Source of the DNA: Camelus ferus
Lineage: Eukaryota
DNA: 64,000 nt
Assembly: GCF_009834535.1 (NCBI RefSeq)
Contig: NC_045696.1
Span: 30,692,001-30,756,000, forward strand
Direction: 5' to 3'
Below the pieces are notes generated by a model. That model was not told the origin of the DNA. It ran no database searches and saw only the letters and a program-made list of their open reading frames with translations. Positions 39,370 through 51,849 of the stretch are shown one piece after another; position 1 is the first letter of the stretch, and each line of letters begins with the position of its first letter. Position numbers and translations under genes: made by a program.

Positions 39370-40680
39370 ATCAGTTATCTAGTTCTCTTGGAGACACTGT
39401 GCTCTTAATGATTTCATCGAGAGGTCTTTGTGTCTTCACCCTGTTTCGCAAACTCAGCTTGCTGTTTCCAGAGGCCCTCTGTTGGCACCCTCATCTGTGT
39501 TGCTCCCAGTGGCTGTTGGCTAGCAGATCACACCCCCTCCCAACACTGGGTCAGGTGCTGAGCTCTTATCCAGTGGGCGGATGGGTCACTCCCCTTCCCA
39601 ATGCAGCAGTCAGATGCTGTGCTCGGGGGAGGCAGGTGGGCGGATTGTGCCCCCTCCCAGCACCGTGGTCAGGTGCCGTGATCCTGCCCACAAAGTGGGT
39701 TGCCTCCCGCCCTTTCCTGGCGCCGGTCGCTCTGCTGCTCTGTGCAGCTGCCCTCTCCCCCTCGGGTCGGTGTTCCGAAGGTGGGCTCGTGGAAGACCGC
39801 GGAACGGCCCCACCTCTGCTCCATGCCAAACCTCAGCTCCTTATTTGTCTTGGTGGTGCAAGTTCTCTGAGGTGCCAGGGCAGAAAGATCCTATCTGCCT
39901 CCAGCCGTAAACAAGTCTCAGTCCTGCCTAGGAGGTTGCAGAGCCCCTGGGTGTGGATTCAGGCCTCGGCCCCACCCCCGCCCGGGTGCTGTGCACAGGA
40001 GAATATGGTAGCTGTGGCTGAGCCCCGCCTCTCTTCTCATGAGAAGCCCCAGTAATGGCAGCGCAGGTCTGAGGAGACAAAGGTTAAGGCACCCCTCCCC
40101 CCAGGGCACACCAGCCGTGTTGCTTTGCTTTCTTCGCAATCTATGGGAGACTGAGGTTGTTCTGCTCTGTATCCCCTCCCAGCCATGGCGCACAGCCCCC
40201 TGCAGTCCCCAGGGGCTGCCTCAGTGCAGCCGCCTCAGTCCTCCACCCGGTACAGGAGGCCTGTCCCGGCCCCAGCTGCTGGCTCACATCTTGGGCTGGG
40301 TGTTGTGGGGACCCTTCGTGCCCATTTAACTCAGTTCTGTCAGTCAAGGGGTGCTCGGGGTAGATCTGAGCCTCAGAGGCTCCCTCTCTGTCCCGCTGGC
40401 CTCTCCATTGGAGAGGGGAGACCCAGTGAACGAGCGCCAGTCCTCCTTTGCCGCTCCATCCCCGCGGGATCAGTCCTGCACTGTTTTGCTTTTTCTTCTT
40501 TCTTTTTTCCTTTTTTCCTACCAGAGTTTTGGCGTCTTTGTCTTTCTAAGAGGGCGATGTTCTGTTGGAGTTCGGCAGGTGCTCTGGTTGGCTGAGTGGG
40601 TCCATAGATGTGAGTTTTGGTGTATTTGTGGGAGAGGGTGAGCTACAAGCGTTCTTCTACTCCGCCATCTTGCTTCTCTC
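39370..40680 (-). promoter_or_regulatory. CpG-rich L1 5'UTR internal promoter with YY1 motif (CAAGATGGCGG, 40662-40672)
   Basis: the only clearly GC/CpG-rich block in the window; YY1 motif near +9 of the element, as is typical of L1 5' ends. Confidence 0.75.
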
Positions 40681-43600
40681 CCAAACTACATTCTTACCAG
40701 CAGTCTCTCCACACCCTTTCCAGGATTTATCCTTCATAGACTTTTTAATGATGGCCATTCTGCCTGTTGTGAGGTAATACCTTGTTGTAGTTTTGATTTT
40801 CATTTCTCTAATAATTAGTGATATTGAACATTTTTTCATGTGTCTTTTGGCCATTTCTGTGTCTTCATTGGAGAATTGCTGGTTTGGGTCGTCTGCCCAT
40901 TTTTAGGTTGGGTTGTTTGTGTTTTGTTGTTAAGTTGTATGAGCTATTTATATATTTGGAAATTAAACCTTTGTCAGTCACATCATTTGCAAATATGTTC
41001 TCCCATTCCATAGACTGTCATTTTGTTTTGCTTATGACTTCCTTTGCTGTGCAGAAGCTTATAAGTTTAATTAGGTCCCATTTGTTAATTTTTGCCTTTA
41101 TTTCTATTGCCTGGGTACACTGCCCCTGGAGAACACTGCTGAGATTTATGTCAGAGAATGTTTTGCCTAAGTTTTCTTCTAGGAGGTTTATTGTGTCTTG
41201 TCTTATATTTAAGTCTTTAAGCCATTTTGAGTTAATTTTTGTGTATGGTGTGATGGAGTGTTCTAACTTCATTTATTTACATGCTGCTGTCCAATTTTCC
41301 CAACACCACTTGCTGAAAAGACTGTCTTGTCTCCATTATATATTCTTGCCTCCTTTGTTGAGGATTAATTGACCATATGTCTGTGGGTTTATTTCTGGGC
41401 TCTCTATTCTGTTCTATTGATCCATATATCTGTTTTTATGCCAATACCATGGTGTTTTGATTACTGTAGCTCTGTAGTATTATCTGAAGTCTGGGAAGGT
41501 TATTCCTTCCGCTTCGTTCTTTTCTTAAGTATTGCATTGGCAATTCTGGGTCTTTTGTGATTCCATACAAATTTTAGTATTATCTGTTTGAGTTCTGTGA
41601 AAAACATCATGGGTAATTTGATAGGGATCACATTAAATCTGTAGATTGCCTTGGGTAATATGGCCATTTTAACAATATCGATTCTTCCAATCCAAGATCA
41701 TGGGATATCTTTCTATCTCTTCAAGCCATCTTTAATTTCCTTAAGCAATGTTTTGTAGTTCTCCACATATATGACTTTCACCTCCTTGGTCAGATTTATT
41801 CCTAAGTATTTTATTGTTTTGGATACAATTTTAAAAGGGGTTGTTTCTTCACTTTCTTTTCCTGCTATTTCATTGTTAGTGTAAAGAAATGCACCCGATT
41901 TCTGTATGTTAATCTTGTATCCAGCAATCTTGCAGAATTCTTTTATCAGCTCTAATAGTTTTTGTGTGGAGCTTTTAGGATTTTCTATATATAGTATCAT
42001 GTCATCCACATACAGTGACAATTTTACCTCTTCTCTTCCAATTTGGATCTTTTTTATTGCTTTCTCTTGCCTGATTGCTGTGGCTAGGACTTCCAATACT
42101 ATGTTGAATAGAAGTGGTGAGAGTGGGCATCCTTGTCTTGTTCCAGATCTTAGTAGGAAGGCTTTCAGTTTTTCACCACTGAGTATTATGCTGGCTGTGG
42201 GTTTGACCTAAATAGCTTTTATTATATTGAGATATGTTCCTTCTATACCCATTTTGGTAAGAGTTTTTGTCATAAATGGGTGCTTAATTTCATCAAATGC
42301 TTTTTTTTTTTTTTTTTTTTTTTTGCATCTATTGAGATGATCATGTGGTTTTTGTCCTTTCTTTTTGTGGATGTAGTGTATCACATTGATGGATTTGCAT
42401 ATATTGAACCATCCTTGTGTTCCTGAGATGAATCCAACTTGATCATGGTGTATAACATTTTTTATGTGCTATTGGGATCAGTTTGCTACTATTTTCTTGA
42501 GTTTTTTTGTTGGTTTGTTTTTTCTTACATGATCTTACATCAATGATAATTGGACTGTAATTTTCTTTTTTGGTAGTGTCTTTGGTTTTGGTATCAAGGT
42601 GATGGTGGCTTCATAGAATGAGTTTGGTAGTTCTCCCTTCTTTTCAATCTTTTGAGAGAGTTCGAGAAGGATCAGTATGAGTTCTTTGTATGTTTGGTAG
42701 AATTCTCCAGAGAAGCCTTCTGGTCTTGGACTTTTGTTTGTAGGGAGGCTTTTTAATTGCGTATTCTATTTCATTTCTAGTGATCTTTCTGTTCAAGAGA
42801 TGTTTCTTCTTGATTCAGTCTTAGTGGACTGCATGTTTCCAGAAACTTGTCCAGTTCTTCTGGGTTGTCCAATTTGTTTCCATATAGTTGTTCTTAGTAT
42901 TCTCTTAAGGATTTTTTTGTATTTCTGTGATATTGGTTGTAATTTCTCAATTTTTCTTTCTTATTTTGTTTATTTCATATCTCTCTCTTTTATTCTTGGT
43001 GAGCCTTCCCAGAGGTTTGTCAATGTTGTTTACTCTTTCAGGGCTCTTGGTTTGATTGATTTTTTTCTATTGTTTTTTTTTAAATCTCTATTTCCTACCT
43101 GATCTTTATTATTCCCTTCCTTCTGCTGACTTTAGGTTTTGTTTGTTCTTCTTTTTCTGATTCTTTTAGATTGTGGATTTGGTTGTTTATTTGAGATTGT
43201 TCTTACATTTTGAGAAAGGCCTGGATCACTATGAACTTAGGAATGTTTTTGCTGCATCCCATTAGTTTTGTGTGGTTGTATTTTCATTATCATTTGTCTC
43301 AAAGTATTTTTTAATTAATTCTTTGATTTCATCATTGACCCATTGGTTTTTTAATAGCAAGTTGTTTAATATCCATGCTGTCATTTTTTTTTTCTCCTTT
43401 GTTTTTCTGTGGTTGATTTCTAGTTTCATGGCATTGTGGTCAGAAAAGATGTTTGAAATAATTTCTATCCCTTTAATTTGTTGAGGCTTCTTTTGTGCCC
43501 AAGTATATGATCCATCTTATAGAATGTTCCTTGTGCACTTGAAAAAAAGTATATTCTGTTTTGGGGGGATGTAATGTCCTAAAAATATCAACTATTCTAT

Positions 43601-44493
43601 TGTGTCATTTAGTATCTGTGTTGCCTTATTGATTTTCTGTCTGGAAGATCTGTCTAATGATGTGAATGGGGTGTTAAAGTCTCCTCCTATGATTTATTCC
43701 CATCACTTTCTCCCTGTCCATTAGTATTTGCTTTATGTATTTAGGTGCTCCCATATTGAGTGCATATATGTTAGCAAGTGTCATATCCTCATCTTGTATT
43801 TCTCCTATAATCATTATATAGTATCCTTCTTTATCTTTCTATATGGCCTTTGTTTTAAAGTCTATTTTGTTTGAAATCATTATTGCTACTCTTGCTTTCT
43901 TGTCATTTCTATTTGTATGAAATATCTTTCCATCCTCTGACTTTCAATCTATGTGTATCCTTCACAATAAAGTAGGTCTCTTGTATGTATGCAGCATATT
44001 GTAGATTCTTGTTTTATTATCCAAGCTGTCACTCTTTCTTTTGATTGGAGCATTTAGTCTATGGACATTTATGGCAATTATTGATAGATTTGTGTTTACT
44101 GCCATTTTGAACTTAGTTTTCCAGTTGAGTTAGAATTTCCTCTTTGCTCCTTTTTCTTTTTCTTTTCCTTTTTGTGGTTTGATCATTTTCTTTTGTATTA
44201 TCTTGGTTTCTTTTTAGGTCTTTGGGACTCTATTGTATGCTTTTGATTTGTGGTTACCCTGTTTTTCAAATATATTAACCCATTACTATATCTGTGCTTT
44301 AAACTGATAGTCATATAAGTTCAAAGACATCCTAAAAATAATGAAAAAAAGAGAAAAAATTTGTATTTTCTTGCTCCCCTCTTCTATCTTTAATGATTTT
44401 GATGTCCTCTTTTACATTTTCATGTTTGTTCTATTGTGACTCATTGTAGTTGTCTCATTTCCTATTATGGTTTTCTCCTCTCTTATTTTCTAT

Positions 44494-45362
44494 TCAGAGT
44501 AGACCTTTCAATATTTCTTTTAGCATAGGTTTAGTATTGCTGAATTATTTTAGTTTTTGCTTGTCTGTGAAATTCTTTTTCTCTCCTTCTATTTTAAATG
44601 ATAGTCTTGCCGGAAAGAGTATCCTAGTTTGCAGCTTTTTCTCATTCAAGACTTTGAACATATTTTACCTCTGCCTTCTGGCCTACAATGTTTGTGTTGA
44701 AAAATCAGCTGAAAGCCTTATGGAGGTTCCCCTGAAACAGTTTTTCTCTTGTTGCCTTTAGAATCATTTCTTTATCTTTAACCTTGGCCATCTTAATTAT
44801 ATGTCTTGTTGTAGGTCTATTTGGGTTCTTCTTATTAGGGACCCTCTGTGCTTCCTGTACTGTACCTTTAGGTTTGGGAAGTTTTTGATCACGATTTCTT
44901 CAAATACCTTTTCAATCCCCTATTCTCTTTCTTTTCCTTCTGGGACCCCTATTATGCAAAGATTGGGGTGCTTTATATTATCTCATAGGTCCCTTATATT
45001 GGTTTCATTAGTTTTTACTTGCTTTTCTTTCTGTTGTTCTGATTGGGTGATTTCTGTTATCCTGTCTTCTAAGTCACTTACTCGTCCCTTTACATTATTT
45101 AGTCTGCTTTTGACTGCCTTTAACTTGGCTCTTATCTCAGCCATTGAGTTTTCTGTTTTTAATTGGCTCCTCTTTGTATTTTCTATTTCCTTTTTATAGT
45201 ATTCTGCATGTTTATTCATAGTCTCTCATATTTCATTCAATAGTTTTATCATTTCCTTTTTGAAGTCATAATCTAGTAGACCTCAAGGTCTATTTCATTA
45301 ATTGTTCTTTCAGGGGACTTCCATTGTTCTTTTAATTGGGAGGAGTTTCTCTGCTTCTTCAT
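44494..45362 (-). pseudogene. L1 ORF1 (host element), disrupted
   Basis: ATG AAG AAG CAG at 45362; coiled-coil piece 44983-45219 (AEIRAKLKAVKSRLNNVKGRVSDLEDR); ends GGT CTA CTC TGA. Confidence 0.85.
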
Positions 45363-48300
45363 TCTATTTATAACTCTCTGGCACTACAGATTATGAAATA
45401 TCAGTTATCTACTGTGGTCTTGAAGGGCTTTTTTTTTTTTATTTAAATAGGACACATTTCTGTGTAGACTGTGTGCCTCTAATAATTTTGTCACAAAGTA
45501 TTTTTTTTTTTTAATGTTGATAGTTGCCACATCTTTCTTCTGTGTGTTGGCTGTTACATATTTGAGTGGGGGTGTGGCCAGTGTTGTGGTGATCAGAGCC
45601 TGCCCCTGGTTGTTCAGCAGGGCCTCCTTTTTGTTCTGTGGATGTCACGGCCCTAACAGGGGCCAGGTCTGTTCCCCTTTTGTTGGAATGGAAGCTTGCA
45701 GAACTGTTTCTGACTTGTGGTTTGTTGCAGGCGGGGTTGGAGCCCTTCAAGTACTCTTTGTTGATGCTGCCCTTGTCCTTGCTTTGGCCACAGTCAGATA
45801 CTCTGTTTTGGTGTCCCCCAGGTTCTCTGCCCTCAGAGCTACCAGTGCAGTTCTGCCAACATCTGGGTCACACTTTTGGATCATGGCACGCTATCAGGTC
45901 AGCACTATCCCTAGCACTGTGTCTGAGTAAGGTTGGCAGGTCCACTGAAAACTCTGCACCTGTACTTGCCTCCACTGTGTGCCAGAACTCCAGTCCTTGC
46001 TCATTTGTCTTAGAGGCCTGGGTCCACAAAGGCACCTGTGGAGCAAATTGGTCCCCTCTGCCTCGGGCTGTAAACAAAGCTCAGTCCTGCCTGTGAAGTT
46101 GCAGAGCTCCTGCTTACGGATTTAGGTTTCAACCCCTCTACACCTGGGAGCTGCTCACCAGGGAATATGGTAGCTATTGCTCAGCCCTGCCTCTCTTCTA
46201 GGAGAACACGCCAGCAATTGTGTCGTGGGCTATGGAGACAGTGGCTATGGCTCAGCTGCCTTTCGTCCCTCCTTACAATGCGTACTGGCAGTGTTGCTTT
46301 CTTTCTTTCCTGCTTTCTTTCTTTCTTTTTTTTTTTAAATGAGGGACCCAGGCTATTCTGTTCTAAATACACTCCCAGCCACAGCCCATAGTACTTCTGG
46401 CCTCCTGAAGCTGCCTCTGTGCAGTCGGCCCTAACCCTCCACCTGGCTCGGGCAGCCAGTCCTAGCCCACTCCCACTGGCTTGTGTCTAGGGCTGGGGAT
46501 CACAGGAACCTTTTGTGCTAGTTTCTCTCAGTTCTGCTAGCCAAGAGGCTGCTGTGCACTCCTCTGAGCCTCAGAGGTGCCCCCTCCATCCTCACTGACC
46601 TCTCCATTGGAGAGGAGGCATCCCAGCATAAAAGCTCTATTCCTCCTTTGCCACTCCATCCCTGTGGGACAGGTCCTGAATTAATTTTTGCTTCTTTTTG
46701 TTGTTGTTGTTGTTCTCCTACCAGATTTTGTGAGGAATTTTGTCTTTTGAAGAAGGTGATTTTCTATCAAAGTTCATCAGGTGTGCTGAGTGAATGGGTG
46801 GGTCTGTGATGTCTGTCTTGGTGTATTCATGGGAGAGGGTGAACTAAGAGCATCCTACTCTGCCATCTTGGCACCCTCCTGCTTAATGAATTATTTTGAA
46901 TTGAACCCCCATAAAACCCTCACTCAGGTTAAGAAATAGAATGCTGCATTATAATTTAGCTTTTGAGACTAACCATTTTTTTCTCTGAAAATAAATGTGT
47001 TTCATAACACAGCCTTTATGATAGCTGAGTTTAATTTCTCTTCTAAGCAATCTATAAAATGTAGCTTTAAATTGTAGCTAACATATTCACATGAAAAAGT
47101 GTAGAAACTTCAAACAACATTCTTTCACAAGTCCTTGCTTTCCCTGTAGGAAGCCTGAAAACTTGATTTAAAGAATTTTAAAATTTGTCTTGGTTTGTCT
47201 AAGAAAAATATCTAGGCCCCCCATAGCAGGGAACGTACTCTAACCAGAATAACCATTTACGTTGTAATGTTAGCAGAAGCACAAAGCATTGATACCTCAG
47301 ATCAGTTTTTCAATTGTGATGAAAAACTATTCACTAATAGCTACTCAAGCGAATAGGTACCTACTTAATGAAGAGAAATAAATCCATTCTCTATCCCAAA
47401 TAATGCAAAATTGTGGAAGAAAATAATGGAAAAGGAAACATAAGAAATTCATACATAAAATTACCAAAACTAGGAAATTCTAGGATTGATCATTCTGATG
47501 ATTTGTCCTGTGAATATGTACAAGGGCATGTGACTGTCACATCTTTATGATTGTTGTTCAATTGAAAGAGAAATTCTGAAGTTCAAATATCAAGGAAATA
47601 CATTATAAATTACAGTGTGCATGCTTTCTCTTCTAATACTTTACTGTCATGTTGTTAGACTACTCTCTGTTAAGAAAATAATGTTAACACCTCCCCCCTT
47701 CCCTTATGTGACACAGTCTTTAGATAAGAATACATAACCTTGTCTTTCTACACTATTTTGCTCCGCATGTCAGTCCTCTGCTATTATTCTTTAGTGATTT
47801 CTATTCTCCGCCTTTAAATCAAACCTAAGCAAGTCTTTCTTATAACTACCTACTGCTAGATTGGATCTTTGTTTATTGTTCAAATTGAGTAGCTTTGATT
47901 TTTTTTTTTTTTTACTCCCCTGCTTATACTTTATTAATCTGCCTTACCATTCCCATTTATCTAGTCCTTCATTTTGATTTATCTATTTCACATTGTCTTC
48001 CAGATGATGGATATCCTTTGGTGCTTAATTTTTAACTGCTGACCATTTTTCACTTTGTTAAAATATTCATAGAAGGTAGAATAGAAGAGGATTAGAGAAA
48101 GCAAATTCAGTGAAAATTATAAAATGAGGGATTCTTTGGAAATAGTGTTGACTAAATTATTGCCATTAATTCCTTTAAGTTGTCAATAGTAAATTGACTC
48201 CAAAATCAAACAAGTGTAAACTACTGAATTAGTTAGAATGAAAATACACATTTGAATTTTAATTATAAAATTCGACTTTATGAATGAACAAAGGGTGAAA

Positions 48301-48479
48301 GTGTTTGTTGTAGAACTTGGTTATGACCAAATGATAATAAACATGTAGCGTATATTACAGTTTTATCTCTGAAAATCTTACTCACCTTCAGTTCATCTTC
48401 TTACTGGTGTTAGAGTAATCCTTTTAAAAATCAAAACTGATAATATTACTTCAGTGTAATCTTAATGTAATACAATTGC

Positions 48480-49610
48480 TTCCAGGTGGTTGGTTGATCT
48501 CACTGGAGAACGGTGCATATCGGATAATCAGTAATGGGCATTCAGGAGTGACTGTAGCCAGAATATAGTCCTAAATGAATAGACTGACATGATTTTGAGC
48601 TCAGGCATGGCCATTTCTGCCATTTTTTGATGAATCTACTGCCAAGGATGGAGTAATTAGGGGGAAATGTAGATTGATAACCACATACTAGATCATTTAG
48701 TCTACCTGGCTCTTTAGATTCTCTTCTGCTCAGGTGCTTTTTGTTAACCACTTACCTAATATTAAGTAAATACTTTGGGGCATCTATATTTCACATTTTT
48801 CTTAAAACTTTTTGCAGTCTAACCATATATGTCTTCCCACCAAATTTCCAGTCTGTTTCCTTTAAAGTTCCTCATTCAGCCAGAAAATTAGCCACTGTTT
48901 GTAAGTAATTAGAGATCTGAATCTTCAGGTTAAATGGAAAAACACCTGCCCATGAAGTAGATTTTCCTTCAATACTGCCTTAAGGGTCACCATGGAGTAA
49001 GATTGCAGTGCTATGGTGGATATTTTTGGTAGTGTCATCATATCATGCAGGATCATCAAGAAATTAGGTTTACATTGTAAAATGATTATAAATCAATGAA
49101 AAATGTTAAAAAAATTAGGTTTAAACTATTTCTTCTTCCATCATTTGTTTATATTCAGTTCCCATTGAGGCCATTCAGGTTGAGAAAGAAAAACAATGAG
49201 ATATTAGGAATCAGTGTCATGGGCATTAGTACCACTTGTTCAAGTTACTTATTCATGATGTTGGGACCTGCTAAAGCCTGACTTTGTGTACACCACTTCC
49301 ACTTCATGGAAGTTTATTCTGCATGATTGCTCTGCATGCCCATCTTTATGACTTAGTAGATCTAAGCACACGCAGTTTATGATGGAAAACTAAAGTTGTA
49401 TAGTAACTTGGGAGTTAATGGCCACATATTCAGTCTATTAACCTTCAATTACTAGCTCAAAGCTGTTTCTCAAAATTAGGCTAATCACCTGTAGAAGATG
49501 GCATAGTTTTGTTCCAAAATTCTAAAGACCTATGGAATTAATTGTGAATAACTGGGAAAGGAAGCAGTGATCTGCGGGGGCCAATAGGGTCAGTATGATT
49601 CAGTTCTTGC
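48480..49610 (-). mobile_element. ERVL/MaLR internal pol relic (RNase H-integrase region)
   Basis: reverse complement 'ggtctttagaattttggaacaaaactatgccatcttct...tttgagaaacagct' (~PLGFWSKALPSS..FEKQL), 'gaagtggaagtgg' (~KWKW) and 'gagatcaaccaaccacctgg' (~DQPATW); may continue at 50126-50460. Confidence 0.65.
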
Positions 49611-49613
49611 AGA

Positions 49614-50126
49614 CTGTTTAGTTTTCTATTGCTGATGTGACAAATGTCCACAAAACTTAGTGGCTTAAAAGAATGCAAATTTCTTTCTTTTCGTATAGAT
49701 TCATAATTTAGAAGTCCAACATGGGTCTTGCTAGACTTAAAATCATAGCGTCAGCAGGAGTCTATTCCTTTTAGAGGCTTAAATGGGAAATGTGCTTCCT
49801 TGCGTTTTCCTAGTACTAGAGGTCACCGTATTCTTAGACATGTTTTCTTTCATCCACCTTCAAAGCTAGAAACAGCTGGTCGAGTCCTCTATCATCACAT
49901 TTTTTGGGGTGCTTCTGCTGTGTCACATCTCTCCCTGAAGGAAATGGTCTCCATTTTAAAGAGCTCATGTGTCTAAACTGGGCCCACTCTGGTTAATTCA
50001 TATCTTCCCATCTCGATGTCTATAACCTTAATCACATATGCAACATTCTTGTTGCCATGTAAAGTAATATATTCACAGGTCCTGGGGTACGGATATTTTT
50101 GGATGGCCATTTTTTTCTGCCTACCT
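49614..50126 (-). mobile_element. MaLR LTR (MLT1C/D-like)
   Basis: 'tgtttagttttctattgctgatgtgacaaat...cttagtggcttaaaa...ccttaatcacat...gtaatatattcacaggtcctgggg...tctgcctacc'. Confidence 0.72.
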
Positions 50127-50829
50127 CAAGAAACTTTATAGAGAGAGTCAAGGTGGCTAAGTAAGATATTTTCTTATAAGCCAGGATTTCATATTTGAGC
50201 TCCTTTGCTTTCATTTTTTCCCAGCAAATAGGGACAAGCAGTTGAAAGGTTTCCCATGCAAAATTCTCTTTTCCTACCACTACAGAGAAATACTGTTTCT
50301 GAATATGTGCTTTGTTCTTACGATTCCTCATTTAACTCCTCTTCTGTTGTCAGAGCCAAGGCAGGCCTAGGAAAGCCCCAATGGCTGGTCATGTGTCTCA
50401 TTCCCCCTGTTACTAACGTGGGATCTAAGGATTGCACTACAGGTTGTGATTTTTAGCTAAAGAGATGGACTCTGTAGGATCTTTCTGAGATCCAGAGGCA
50501 AAGAAACTTCTACCCACTGCTTCCAAGACACAATTGTTCAATCTCTATTCCTTTCAGAAATGCTTCTGCCTATTTTATCTTCTAAGGTTTGACTGCCACA
50601 TGTTTTTCTTATAATGAAGTTTTAATTTTTGCTTCTTATACTCTTTGTTGCTTTGACATGATTTACAGATCCAATATGCTGATTTGTACCATTATCTCTA
50701 CCATGGAGCTCCATGCTTGCCCTTGATACTGCAGCTGAACTGCCAATGTTCTATTTATGGGGGTGTGACCACAAATGTATGCCAAAAAATCTGTGAGGGT
50801 GTCAGTTAGTTTTAGACATTCAAAATTAC

Positions 50830-51160
50830 ACTCTGTCAATGAATATGTATGTGTTCATATGGAAAATCTCTAAGATATATTAAAAAGTAAAAAATTAAGA
50901 ATATGAAGAACCATATTTAAAGTATGTTTATATTTAACTAGTCACACACACACGTATATGTGTATGTGTATATACATATTGTAGGAAGAATCTTAAAAAA
51001 AATCTGTTAACAGAGGTATATTTAGGGAAAGGGCTAGAGGATAAAGAGGAATAGTTTTAGTATTTTTCCCTTACTCTCAGAAAAGTATAAAATAAAGATA
51101 AAAATGACCTTTTGGCCATATGTATATGTCACTTCTTTGTGAAAAAAAGTAAAATAAAAA
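50830..51160 (+). mobile_element. Ancient L1 3' end (L1ME-like)
   Basis: 'atggaaaatctctaagatatatta...ctgttaacagaggtata..tagggaaagggctag'. Confidence 0.4.
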
Positions 51161-51849
51161 GAAACCCAGGTCATTATTCCTGGAGGCATTTTAGATGTGG
51201 ATCAGAAAGAAATTTTGTTGGTCATATTGCCTCTTTCACTCAGAGTGCAGAGTTCTTAGCATGTGTAATACGGTTCTGTTAAATCTCTCTGGTTTTGGGG
51301 TCTCATTGTAAATCAGTTTTCCCTGCAAATTGAAGTAATTCATTTAGCAACTGACTTTCAAATTCTCTAACTTGATATGAATCAGTGTAGGCAGGAAACC
51401 CATAAACAGGATTTTTTTTTTCCATGATGCCCATACAAGTGTATAAGTATGACAGCCACTAGTGGGTAAGACTTGACATAGGGACAGAGGAGACAGAAGC
51501 CAGAGTATGTTTCATAAATTTCCACTTTATAAGTCTGTTTGCAAAAGTTCCAAGCATGATTTTAGATCTGTGCTGATTTGAACAGTACCTTAAGAAGCTG
51601 CACTTGGAAATAATGTTTCCTATTAAAATCATGGAGCAGAGATGTCACATTTAGCTTTAACAACTTTTGCTATCTTGGCCCAGAAGAATCACACTTTAAT
51701 TATTTATAGCAGCTGTTCTCTCTCCTGGTGTACATTTTCTCAAAAAAAAAAATACATAACAAGAAGGAAAAAATAAATTACACAAAATACTCCACTTTAG
51801 TATACTCCCCTTTGGAATACTGAGGATATCCATGCATATAAGTAATCAT

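Larger units (their letters stand above)
37622..40680 (-). mobile_element. ORF2-less L1 (half-L1/HAL1-like): 5'UTR, ORF1, partial spacer, then the last ~680 nt of L1
   Basis: 12-bp TSD ccaaactacatt at 37610-37621 and 40681-40692; intact 5' end 'gagagaagcaagatggcggagtag'; junction at ~38301 joins spacer 'gggaagcaaggaaa' to ORF2-end 'gccattgtggaaaacagtatgg'; short A tail. Confidence 0.92.
37330..44105 (-). pseudogene. L1 ORF2 (host element), many stops/frameshifts, split by the insert at 37622-40680
   Basis: start MAVNTNLSIIAINVHRLNAPIKR at 44105; RT piece 41713-42096 ([16 protein letters not shown]); 41018-41272; C-terminal piece 37238-37459 (MWYIYTMEYFSAIK). Confidence 0.88.
36978..46880 (-). 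mobile_element. Full-length decayed LINE-1 (host element) carrying a nested 3.06-kb insertion
   Basis: 12-bp TSD gcttaatgaatt at 36966-36977 and 46881-46892; 5' end 'ggagggtgccaagatggcagagtagg'; ~1.5-kb 5'UTR, ORF1, spacer, ORF2 and 3'UTR in order; ~6.8 kb without the insert. Confidence 0.95.

Noticed and set aside
39399..40641. Dense overlapping long ORFs (up to 218 aa) on both strands
   Set aside because: They lie in the GC-rich L1 5'UTR, where stop codons are rare, and contain no recognisable domain.
42301..42324. T24 run inside host ORF2 as a separate retro-insertion
   Set aside because: It sits at a native short A run of L1 (gatgca...aaagcatttga) with no TSD, so simple homopolymer expansion explains it.
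47225..47356. Short frame containing DQFFNCDEKLF, resembling a Tigger/pogo DDE motif
   Set aside because: A single short motif with no further transposase similarity or terminal inverted repeats.
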